The translations under genes and the position numbers were made by a program. Below, piece by piece: positions 14,993 to 26,900 of a stretch of DNA of 64,000 nucleotides; position 1 is the stretch's first letter, and each line of letters starts with the position of its first letter. Under the pieces are notes generated by a model. It saw only the letters and a program-made list of their open reading frames with translations, searched no databases and was not told the DNA's origin. Origin of the DNA: Dromaius novaehollandiae (taxonomy: Eukaryota); the NCBI RefSeq assembly GCF_036370855.1, contig NC_088098.1:199927336-199991335 (forward strand). Direction: 5' to 3'.

Positions 14993-15178
14993 CATAATGA
15001 GAGATTCCCTCAAGGAGGTCCATCACAGATGGGTTCACCTCTGGTTAGTAGAACGGGCTCTGAAACTCCTCAGCCGCCAATGAGTGGTGTAGGTGCCGTG
15101 AGTGGTGGACCTGGTGGCTTTGGTAGAGGAAACCCAGGGGGCAACTTTGAAGGACCTAACAAGCGTCGCAGATATTAA
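14993..15178 (+). CDS. PSPC1: PSPC1 terminal coding exon: [61 protein letters not shown], stop TAA at 15176-15178
   Basis: AG acceptor at 14991-14992 (tatattag|CATAATGAG), phase 0 from the previous exon. The C-terminus ...[13 protein letters not shown] is the diagnostic PSPC1 ending (NONO ends FAPNKRRRY, SFPQ ends differently). The frame is anchored to track ORF 14862..15083, which reads the same DNA in another frame. Confidence 0.9.
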   Translation, partial: HNERFPQGGPSQMGSPLVSRTGSETPQPPMSGVGAVSGGPGGFGRGNPGGNFEGPNKRRRY

Positions 15179-15470
15179 AACTTATTTCATTCCTTACTGT
15201 TTAGAAATTCCAGTAAAAATATATGGTGGTATGCCTTTATAATTTTAGCTGTTATCTGGAAACGGTTTTATTGTTATTGTAGTCTTTAAAACAGTTTCTT
15301 TTGTAAAACCTTTTTGTATTCAGTCATAGGCTTTGTAGCATAGAGCAGAAATGATGCAGATCATTATGTAAGGCAATGTGTTTGTGACTCTAGCAAAATA
15401 TAATGTGTGACTATGCTGTAAAACATGCAGTTATCTGATTACAATAAAATATAAAAATCACTTGAAAGGA
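15179..15470 (+). other. PSPC1: PSPC1 3' UTR, proximal part; the true end is unknown and may extend 1 kb or more
   Basis: Non-coding sequence immediately after the PSPC1 stop codon. The first canonical AATAAA lies about 265 nt downstream. Confidence 0.5.
15443..15448 (+). terminator. PSPC1: Candidate polyadenylation signal AATAAA (proximal) for PSPC1
   Basis: The hexamer is in ctgattacAATAAAatataaaaatc, followed by T/GT-rich sequence. Other downstream signals, for example ATTAAA near 16486, could serve longer UTR isoforms. Confidence 0.3.
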
Positions 15471-17475
15471 TTTTGGAAATGTTATTACTAATACTGGGCT
15501 TAGAATAATTTTATGCTGAATTGTAAATGGTATCATTTTCATTCTTAATATGTAGTTTCTACTATGTGTCAAGAAAATTCCATTCTTAATAGCCAATCTG
15601 TTCAGCTAGAACTGCATGTTGCAGTACATATTATGAACAATTTACATTGCAACTTCTTACATTTGCTTTGACTTTCGAAGAGCGTCGGATTTCATACAAA
15701 GTGCTCTTTTAAGGGTACTGTGTCCCTGTATCTCAATCTTCCTTTGCAAATTTAGTCACAAGAGGCTTGTAAGCAGAGTACATCCAGTATTCAAATTACT
15801 TGAAAATTTAACTTTGGAAAAAACTTTGGAAATGGAATCTGTATGTATGTTTTATTCATAACTGAGTGAATGGATTTAAGTAAACTATATACAATATACT
15901 TCTACAGAAGAAAAATCTATCGTGACGTCAGTGTGTTCTACTGATCGTTAAGGTATCCTGCCATTGCAAGGGAGGAAATATTTATGCTAGCTGGTTTTAA
16001 AGCCTTCAACTGTGTAATGCATTACCATAAGTATATATTTTCCCCATGCCTGGCTTGAGTAGAAACAAGTCTGTTATCAGTGGTTAATTGCTCAGTTTAA
16101 AGGCAAATGTGTGTTTTCCAGTTAAAATAATTGTTTGCTTCTAATAGAGTATTAATGTGCATTTAGAACGAAATGAGCATAAGTATTCTTGATAAATGGT
16201 TTGTAGAATGATAAATTTGAAAACACCCATTTCTAGTAATGTAACTCAGGCTAGATTTGCTGATTGAGTAATGTGATAAAACTAATCATAAAGCTCTTAG
16301 GAAGCTGCTTATGGTTCAAATTTTGTCAATGATGGAAGATGATGGAAAAGGCCTTATTAGTTCTAATCCTCTAATGGCGAGAAAGTAAGCATATTATTAG
16401 TTACTATTGCTTTTTTTCTTGCACAAACGAGTTTCAGAATATTAGTTTTTTGTTTCTTGTCACTTCACTCACATTTTCACAAACAAATTATTAAAATTTC
16501 TCAGCATGAGTTGTGATACTAAACTGATTCAAAACTGATTTGATACAACAATGTATCCTGATTGTATCAGAACAATATGTATATAGCTTAAAGCATGTGA
16601 TGCAAACTGCAGAGTGTGTATGTGTTTTTAATATACATCTGTGATGGTCTTGTTGAATTTAATTATGAGGAATGGGTAACAGGAAAAATAGAGGCATTGC
16701 TGGCGTTTTGGAAGTGCAGTATTTGAAGTGTCGGTGTTGTATGGCTTAAGATAGTGACAGATTGTTTTGATAGAGTTACTATATGTGTAGGTCCTCAACT
16801 ATTTTTTCCTAGACTCTTAACTTTCAATGCTACTGGTTTTTTGCTCAATGGTCTGAGATAGATGTCACATTTTATAGTTTGTAATGTAATAGTGGCTTAA
16901 AGTCTGAAGTACTGGTTACCCTACATGATATTTGTAACATGTTACAGTACTCATTCTTCTAAGAAAGCCGCAACTGGTTTCACTGAGCATGCCATCTCTA
17001 AAACTTAAGAGGTGCTTTTTCATTAAGAGCACAGGTTTGCACATAGCTACTACTTAAGCTCTCTGATTTGGTGTTACGCTCTCAGTTGTAGAATACAGTT
17101 TACATCAGTATGAGTTAGTGTCTAAATATAAGGTTTTTTTGTTGTTGTTCCATCTTTTCAGGCCTTGTTTTGATCATGGCATTTTCATTGGGGTTGAGGA
17201 AGGTAGAACTGTTGTGGTTTATATGGTAGTTATATACTGTAAAGCTCTAAGGGGAACATGTTTAAAAAATGTAATTTGAATTAGATTCAAGAGGTCTGGG
17301 TTTTTTGTGGGTTATTGAGGTTTCTTTGCTCCAAAGGAGAACACTTGTTCAGGCCTTTGTATTTTTTCTGGGTATGTACCTGGTTCTCATCTCTGTAGTA
17401 TCTGAATGTTTCAGAAGTTGCTTAAACATACCATATCTGTGAAAAATAGTTCATTCTTTCCTTGCCAGACTCATG

Positions 17476-17875
17476 TTATTTTAAGTGCATGTTTTTTGTA
17501 CTGCATTTTTTCTAGCAAGTAGAGGTTTTTATTTTTTTGAAGGTTATTGTAGAGTTTAACATTACAGTGATTTTCATTCAGCAGTCTCTCTGAAAGTCTT
17601 CAACTTGGATAGTTCTGCTGATGCTAGCAGTGGATTTGTCTTCTGTCATTATTACAGAACGTTATCTGATTTTTTTTATTTTAAGTGCATGTTTTTTGTA
17701 CTGCATTTTTTTCTAGCAAGTAGAGGTTTTTATTTTTTTGAAGGTTATTGTAGAGTTTAACATTACAGTGATTTTCATTCAGCAGTCTCTCTGAAAGTCT
17801 TCAACTTGGATAGTTCTGCTGATGCTAGCAGTGGATTTGTCTTCTGTCATTATTACAGAACGTTATCTGATCTTT
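17476..17875. repeat. Direct tandem duplication, 2 copies of about 200 bp, about 99 percent identical
   Basis: The sequence ttattttaagtgcatgttttttgtactgcattttttctagcaagtagaggtttttatttttttgaaggttattgtagagtttaacattacagtgattttcattcagcagtctctctgaaagtcttcaacttggatagttctgctgatgctagcagtggatttgtcttctgtcattattacagaacgttatctgat occurs at 17476-17670 and again at 17676-17871. The only differences are single-T length changes in T runs. Confidence 0.9.
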
Positions 17876-19984
17876 TTTAATTACCCATGAACAAAGCCAT
17901 TAAGTCCTTAAAAAAGCCAAGTACTGATGAAATGCTTTAAAGCTCTGATAAAGAATTTCTTTCGTTGCTGGTAACAGGCTGCCAAATTCTGGTCATAATA
18001 AAAGTTTTACGGCTGCCTGGTCGTGTTTATATTTGTATATAGCTCAGTAGTAAGGCAGAGTTATGTTTTCCTGTTTATGGGAGTAACTGACACTAGGTAT
18101 ATAGTAAATGTATAATATTGTTAAGAAAGAAATGGTCCTAATTTATTTCTTTAAAATGATAAGTAAACGTGGCCAAACTTTTTTTGCTTGGAGATACTGC
18201 TCACATGCTGGTAATGATTTACCTTTCTTATTCCTCATCTGCTGCACTGTCCATTCATCATTTTTCTTCTGTGTGCATGTGTACTTAAGTTGTGCACTCT
18301 CTCACCATTCTGGCTGACTAGGAAGCACAGTGAGGTCCTGACTTATTTCCTTCATGCTGTTGTAATGCAAATAATAGTAATAGCAAAAGATGAGAAATTG
18401 GTAACTATGATGTGATTACTTTTTGGTTGTACTTACTGAGATGTTACGATATTCCTGAAATATCTGGGCAAAATGCTTGGTTTTCATGTGAGACACTGTC
18501 TTAGTACTTCCGGATTGTAAAGTTTTAATGTTCCACTTAAAAAGTAGAACATGTCTGTACTTTTTATTTTTATAGAAACAAAATACACAGACTAATTCAT
18601 TCTGGAGTCATGAAAATCAATCTCTGCACTAGTCTATCAGCCTGTGGTCCATGAGCTCTTGGTGGTCACTGTGAAAGCAGAAGGTAGCTGCCAAAATCTA
18701 AAATAAAAATACATGTATTCATGTTTAAGTAAACGGTGGGAAATAAATAAATGTTCAGAGCAGTCTCTATATAGTCAGGTAAAGGACAAGACTATGCAAA
18801 TGGATTTATGGATTTTTCTTCTCCAAATGTTATGTGGACCATCAATTTAAAATCTTTGAGAAACAGTTTCATAATACTGCTTAGAAAAGTTATTATTAAG
18901 TCTATACTCTTTTTTTTTGATAAAAGTCTTTTATTGTTGAGACAGAAGGGAAGCAGTAGGAGCACTTGAAATACTGTAAACATTGTTACTGTATTACAGT
19001 GCTGTTTTCCAAATGGTCCGGGGTCAAGCGTGCATAACTGCATTTGCATTTATCATGTCAGTTATTTAAGGGGGAGCTATCTGGCACTTAAACACAAACC
19101 ATCTTTGTTACGAGTTCATGTCTGTGTAGCAGCTTCTGTCCAGTGTCCTAATCAGAGAAAGAACATTGATAACTCGCTGGTGATCCAGGCACACTAAGGT
19201 GTATTCATTTTCTAAGACGAATACTTGAAAGATATTACAGATTTTTTAAAAAGAAAATTCCTGATCTTAAGATGTTTTATTGTCCGTATTTCTGTTTTAG
19301 ACCGAAATCCAGTTGGACCTAACGATACAATAAATTGGAGAACAAATGTTTCAACCTCCTTTTATTAGAACAAAGTGATGAAACAGAAAATGGAAAAAAA
19401 ATGAATTAAAGGAGTTTTAATTTTAATCATAATGCAATAGGATTTCATAATATGCGTTCTTTGACAATATAATTTAGATCAGAATTCTACTCATTTTAAA
19501 AAGCTATACAAACTTTTAAAATATATTTTACACTTTCAATCCTAGATTTTTTGGCAGTTAAAAATAGGATCATTTGCAACTACAGATTCTTCTAATAAGT
19601 TTATTACAAGAATATGTCAACTTCTATGATGTACTGCTTGTTAAACAGTTATATATTGCCTGGAGATAACTCTGCTGAAATAACTAATCTAAATGAAGAT
19701 TCTCAGGTTAAAAAAAGAAAACACACACACACAACCCTCCCGTCCCCCCTTAAGCTTCTCAAAGGCAGAATATGCTTTGGGGTTGAAGGTTCAGCAAATG
19801 AGTTTTGTGCTCTGATGGCACAAGGCTCTTTTTACTTAAGCATATTGTAGAAAGCAATTTTTTTGTCATGCATCTTAATTCAGTGCATATACAATTTCTT
19901 TGTATAGCAAATTAGAAGAAAATTCTTCCCTTCTCAGTTAAGTTGAAATAAAATGTAAATTGGTGAAATAAAATTATGAACTAT

Positions 19985-20915
19985 TTTAAAGCAGGAGAGG
20001 CCAGGTGGTGGCTGATGGGGTCAGTTTAGGTTGGACCACAAATATAGAGTGACTCTCAGTCCCATTCCAGAAATTTGGAATGGTGCATATATCCATAGGT
20101 AGTTCTGCACAGTCTGCATCCGGCATGTCTAGTTAGCTTGTGCTTGGGCCAGCACTGTGGGACTTGAGATATCCAGCAGACTTTTCAGATGCTATTTAAT
20201 TGCGTTCTCGAGTGCCCTGAATTTATTAATTTGGGCACCGTGCTGTGTAAACATGTAGCGGCATCTTGGAATTCGGTGCATTGCTTGGGCTCTTAGCTCT
20301 TTGAGGGTTGTTGACCTGCTGGAAAGCAGCTCTACAGAGAAGGACCTGGGAGTGCTGGTGGGCGTTAAGTTCCCCCTCTCCTCAGCCCTGGTGAGGCCGC
20401 ATCTGCAGTACTGTGTCCAGTGTTGGGCTCCCCAGTATGAGAGAGACATGGCACTACCAGAGAGAGTCCAGCCTAGGGGCTATGAAGATGATTAAGGGAC
20501 TGGAGCATCTCCCCTATGAGGAAAGGCTGAGAGAGCTGGGCCTGTTCAGCCTGGAGAAGAGAAGACAGAGGAGATCTTATCAAAGTATACAAATACCTTA
20601 AGGGAAGGTGTAAAGAGGATGGAGCCAGACTCATGTTCAGTGGTGCCCAGAGACAGGGCAAGAAGCAGCGGGCACAAACTGAAACACAGGAAGTTTCATC
20701 TGAATATGAGGAAAAACTTCTCTACTGTGAGGGTGACAGAGCACTGGAACAGGTTGCCCAGACTGGTTGCAGAGTCTCCTCCTCTGGAGGTATTCAAAAC
20801 CCGCATGGACGCGATCCTGGGCAGCGTGCTCTAGGTGACCCTGTTTGAGCAGGGGCTCGGACTAGATGATTTCCAGAGGTCCCTTCTAACCTCAACAACT
20901 CTGTGATTCTGTAAC
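19985..20915 (+). mobile_element. CR1 LINE 3' fragment: ORF2 C-terminal region plus 3' UTR, with an internal deletion
   Basis: Translated remnants [56 protein letters not shown] and HKLKHRKFHLNMRKNFSTVRVTEHWNRLPR match the CR1 ORF2 C-terminal consensus. The element ends with the typical ...ttccagaggtcccttctaacctcaacaactctgtgattctgtaa tail. Confidence 0.85.
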
Positions 20916-23900
20916 ATTCCCTCCTATTAAAACTTACTGATCCTTGAACATACTAGTTGCTGCAGAGACAGTGGCCTGTGGAAAATACAGGGGTTGGACA
21001 GTACTCTTTCGGATTATTGGCTATTCCATAGTATCTTAGTGGCAACTTGGGACTTCATCTTATAAGTATTTGTTTTCGTTGAAATCTATTTGATGAACTA
21101 TGAGGGCTTAATAAACAAAAAAAAGGATTGGGTAAAAGAACCTGCAATATTTTGCAGGTACTTCTTTTTCTTTGTCTAAAACTTGTGTTTTAGTGGAGGT
21201 GAAATAAACTGAATATTGAATTTTCTCAAAAACAGTACTTCTGAAAGAAGCCCTTATGTGTTCACTTTCAGTGGGATAGATCTAATAGGTCTTTTCCATC
21301 TTAAACTTCCTTAAGCTACAATGAAAATTAATATGATTGAAATTTGGAGGTATTCACATTACATAACTTCAGCCTGACTTCTGAAGTCAGACAGATAAGT
21401 TAGATGTCTATTTTAGTAAACAGGAAGAGGCAGGTTTCTTCAGAAAAGCAGCGTAGAAGAGGTATTGTTTTTTTCTAGTTGAATGAACTATTCGGAGTTT
21501 AAGTTTAGACATAAATACAACCTCCTTCCAGGTAAAAATAGCTTTAAAATGACTTTCACAGAATGATTCTGTTTTTACATCCAGTCATATTAAAAGAAAA
21601 AAATCCTTGTGGATGTGGATAAACTTGCTGATTTTGTATAGTTCCTCAAATTGGGAACAAAATGCTGTTCATAGGAGGTATGAAATTCAAAAGGAGTTTA
21701 ATTGTGTTACTGCGTACACACGAGTTGATGTGTTTTTTTACTTCGTTTTGGTACATAGCTTGTCTAGAGCTTGAATTGTTCCTAGTTTTATTAGTGGTTT
21801 TTATCTATTTTTTGTAGAGCAACATATAGCTGTATAAGTTGTTTGAATTTACATGCTTGCTTATTGTATTTGGAACATCAGTTCTTGACTTGAAAGAAGT
21901 GCAGTGAGAATAAAGATACAGTTCTTGCCTTTAATTCCTAAGTAAAAAATATTGCACAGAACCTTGAACCAGTAATAAGCATCCTGTGTGTAAACTGAAA
22001 AAAGTGGGAGGAAAAAAATAAAGTAACATAATAAAAATGGGAGAATTGTGGTTTAATTTTATATCTACACCACATGTACAAAAGTAACTTGAAAGGCTGT
22101 CATTATGAAAACCCCTGAAACAACTAATTTTAATGGAAGATAGAAATACCAGTTACATTAATGTCTTGAATTTTTATAAACTTCAGGTTTAGCATTGTGC
22201 AGATTATCAAAGAATATCCAAATAACCAACTGAATAACTGAAATGGGTTAATTATCTGAAGATAATTTAAACATTCACAGGGGGTGGGGGGAAATTGTAG
22301 TTGGATAATTTTCTTCTGTGTGCTTCTTAAATTGTTATGTAGGACTTAATTTTTGTGGCTGAATACAGCAGTTGTATACAGCATGCACATCGTGTTTTCG
22401 TAAGTACGAAATACCTGATTTTAAGGTTGTTTGCTTCTTGTCCAGCCTTTGTAGACTTAAAAGCTTGCTTACAAAATTATACATATGTATCGCAGCCAAA
22501 GAAGTGGCAAACAGAAGATTATAAGAATAAATATAACAGTGAGAAGTTCTTTTTTTCCTTTTTTTTCCTTCCCCCACTGGACAGGGTTAGGGTATTTTCA
22601 TGAACCTGTTTTTGTCTTAATTTCACTGTAAACAACTTTCTGTTTTTAATTATGTGATAGGGAAAGTGGTTTTATTCTCAGTAAATAGTTCAGAGAACTA
22701 AAGAAAAAAAGTTTTTCTGTTCTAAATAGCCATATATACTTAACCAAGGTGGAAGAGGAAGTGTAATAAATCTCTAAAATCATGTAAAAATAGCCAGGAA
22801 TATTTGTTATAAATCTTTCCGTAGGTGACTGCTCTTGCGGTTTTGGACATTTTAATGTGCTTCTGTGATTTTGTTTAGTTCCCTGATGGTTACCGTAGTT
22901 ATTTGATTATGTAGATACAGCATTTAATTAAAAAAAAATACTTCTCTCTGGCTGAAATAACCCATTTACAATTTTTAAGTATTGGCTGTTAAACAAGGTT
23001 ATTGCTGATGCTGTGATTATAGACACCTGATAGTTGAAACTGATCTTCTGAATATTTTTGTCAAGTATCATTCATGTTGGTACTATCTTTTCCTGATTAT
23101 TTGCTATAAAAGAATTTATTCTGCAGTACTGTTGCTAAGCTTTAAATATTTTTATGTAGTGTAAAATTGGAAAAAAAAGAAAACTGTAAACCTGCTACTG
23201 CAGTACTGTAGAATGCAGTCTCAGTGAAATGCAGGCTGAAAGTTGCTTATAGATGTTTTAAATATTTGTATGCTTGTAGGAAATCCTGAAAAATTTGAAA
23301 TCTGAAAAATCTAAATATCATTTAGGTAGCATAGCTTAATCTGTGTGTGTGTATATTAAAAATAATATTTCAATACATACATTGCTGCAGATAGGGATGA
23401 TCCTTCCTTTTGCCCTCCTTGCTGCTGTTCCTGCTGCCTGCCTGCTTTGTGCCACCCATGCGTCTCCGTGCCCCTGCAAGGAGCAGGGTCAGAGAAACCC
23501 ACTGAGAATTACACACCCTGCTCGTTGCAGCGTGGAGGGAATGAACAGCAAGGGGTGGGCAGTAGAGCAAGACTCTCAGTAACTATGCGGTATAGGCCAA
23601 TTTGTGCTGTATCTACATGCTATGAAGACAACATAATCTTAGGTGGGTTCTCAGTAAATGAGCTTAAATGCCTTCTCAATCTGAATAGCACAGTTATATT
23701 TTACATTTAGTGGTACTTGGCTAAGATGGCAAGAATTTGAAGTAACAGTTAACTTACTGCTAAAATGCTTTACCATATTGTATGTAAGCTTGATCCATCT
23801 CTTCACTTTCTGCAGTTTTTTAGAAGGCGATATATAAGCCAGTAATATGTGGAAAATAGTGTTCTTCACAACTTCTCCAGGAAAGATGATATGCACAGTT

Positions 23901-26900
23901 GCTTTAGAGAAGCAAGTGTTTACTTCATATTTTTTCTTTGAAGAAAACACATAAACTCCAGTTACAAAGATGGGAAATAGTGTGTCTTGAAAAATGCTAA
24001 CATTCTTCACTGATACAATAGCACTGCATTGTTCCTTGTATTACTGTAAGCACTTAAAGGACGGAGCATGTGAAAGGTAAGGTGAAGCTCCAGTTTTAAA
24101 CAACTTTGGATCAAAAATCTTTTCCAGAAGGCACAGAAAGAAAACAGTGTAATAACAAGGCGGTAGTTTATCTTCTGTTTTGTTTCATTGTGGGGCATCA
24201 GGCTTCTAGAACTTCTGGCATTGTGTGAGTAGCTGTTCCACATGTGAAAATTTCAGAACCAGAGCTCTGCCAAATAATGCAAATAAAGTTTCTGACTAAG
24301 TGTGTGGAGAACGCAATTATCACATTTCAGAAACTGAACTTTCAGAGTTTTGAAATTATAAAATAATTGTGATATATTGAATTACTGGTTTGTAAGTGAA
24401 AATTATGTCAACTTGCTTGGCGTTAAGGGTTGGCTATGCTTTTAGAACTACTGTGGTATATTTGTCAATTGATTGTTGCCATGTTATCCTTTGCTTAGCT
24501 TTTGTAATGTCACTTAACTCAATGCATGTTTCTCCCGTTAATTCTTGAATCCACAGTTGTGTATATCTCATGGTTTATTCATCCTCACTTTTGAGTGCAA
24601 ATGTCTGTCTATAGAAGGGAGATACTAGAACACATATCTATTATGTAATTATCAAATTTGGGAGTCTCTTTATTGCTAAGCTTGTTCCATTTTGTGTTCA
24701 CTGTGCATGTTTTGTGCAAAAGGTGCTTTTGCTACCACTTACAGGGAGAAGAAGTATCAAGTCATTAAAATGGGTTAATTAGGAAAGTAAACTGAAGTCC
24801 TGAACACACCTTATACTGTTTCTAAAATGACCATGGCTCAGTAGAATGAAGTCACTTGATATATCTTTCTGCATGATTACATCTAGATTTTATTCCACTT
24901 ACGGGCCATTTCAGTATTAATGTTAATATTTTTTTCTCAGTTAAATCTTGATAGGGTTCTGTTTTTAATACTTACAAGCATCACAAACATGTATAAGACA
25001 GTAAATTAATAAAAGTCATTTGAAGATACTTGCTCTGAATGATACTAAGTCTCCAAATTGTATTAAACGTAACTTCATTGTTTTTAAAGTGAAAGGTAAA
25101 TTTTATTGAGTGGGAGTAAGGCAATCCACTGTGTTTAAACGAAGTTTCTGTGCAGAATTTGTGGAGGAATGTTGCTCTTGTTTGAGTTGCATTGTGTTGA
25201 TGGGCATGTAGTTTACTCTTTAAATTGGGAAAATTGTGTAAAATTGTTCATTCTGAAGACTTAAAAGTACCATTTTCTTAATTTTACCCAGCTATTAGAC
25301 CTAATTCATTATGTCAACATCCTAACAGTGGGATTGGTTAGATTAGGCACATGTGCTTTATTGCGGATAGTGCTGTACAGCAAGAATATATGAAATGGGA
25401 CAATGGAAGTGGTGGCGGTTACTGAAGGCTGATACTATGTTTTGCTTTTAAGCCCAGTTGGATAAAAACTGATCTTAGTTTAGCATTATTCCTATTGCTT
25501 TTGAAATGAACTCTTTCCTGTGTCTTTTTCTTCTTACAGTTACCCATAAATCTGAATTTCCTAGGCGTCTGATACTTTTGAGGAAATAAACACTAATTTT
25601 AAAACTCTGCCCACAACCCTGGTACTATATTTGCACTTGTACTTTATTGCTGTAATAGTTGCAGAAGTATTCACAAGTTTGAAAGTCTTGTATTTTTAGA
25701 TTTTGGGGGGGAGGGAAGGGATTATTTATTTCTATATTGCTTACTACTTGAGGCCTCAGATGGGAAAAACGGGTGTTTCAGAAACTTAATACTGTTGTAA
25801 AAAAAACTTTCCTAATTGTTTAAAAATCATGTATCTTCAAAACCACCCAGTGTCAAGGAAGCTGAATGGTGTATCTTTCAAGAAAGTGGGAAGACTTTTT
25901 TTTTTCTTTTTCTTTTTTAAACAGAGATTTAAATATTTCTGAAGTATTAGAGCTCTAAATACTTCACTGGACTGCTATGGAGTATGTGGAATCCTAACCT
26001 CTAGTTAGTATTATGGTGAAAATTTGGCATTTTCTCCCTTTCCCCAAAACTTTAGAAGAAGTAGTATGAGGAAGTAATGTGATGCTCTGACTGAAGTATT
26101 GGGCTGAGTCTTGCATCTTTGAAGACTGTCACTGACCTGCTGTGGTATCCTGATCCATTCCCTTTAGAATTTCATTTCCTATTCTGTATTCAGGCTTTTC
26201 TCTTTATTGTAAATGGCTTTAATGTTTCCTGATGATATGAGTTGTGTAAAACTTCATTCAGAGGGTTGTAATACTAAACTTGACAGAAATAGACTAGAGG
26301 AAAGAGAAGATGTCAGATGCACAGTAAACACGGTTCTTCATCTGATTCTGCAAGTCATCACGTCTCCCTATGTGTATTTTGTTAGCATATAAATGTCGTG
26401 TATGTTTTAATGTGATGTGAAGTTAAAAAGAGGATTTTCAGCACTTTGTGCTGAGGAAAAAGCCTTATGTCAGTTCTGGTTTAATTTCATTTTAAAGTTT
26501 CTCAGTAGTGCAAATAAATACACAAGAATTAAGTGACTGAATACACTAGAATTTAGATAAGTGCCCTTCCTTGACTCATAGGCATGTGGAGATACTAATA
26601 TGGAAAAATAAAAGTAAAGGTTCCATTCCTGGATTTACGGATGGGGGATACTAATGTGGAAAAGCATGAAGGTTTGACCTCATTTTTCAGTTTCTCTAAC
26701 TCTTTTTCACCTAAAATTGTGGAAGCTAGCATTAGAACTAAAAACCCCAAATATGACTCTTGATAAGTGTTATCTAAAATTCTTGACTATTGTTTCAGAG
26801 CTCTGCTAAAAATGAGACTAATTTAATGTAAATATGTAAATAAAATACATGCTTTAATGGACAAAAGTAAGTCTGAAAGCCTATGTTTCATTAAGGTATG

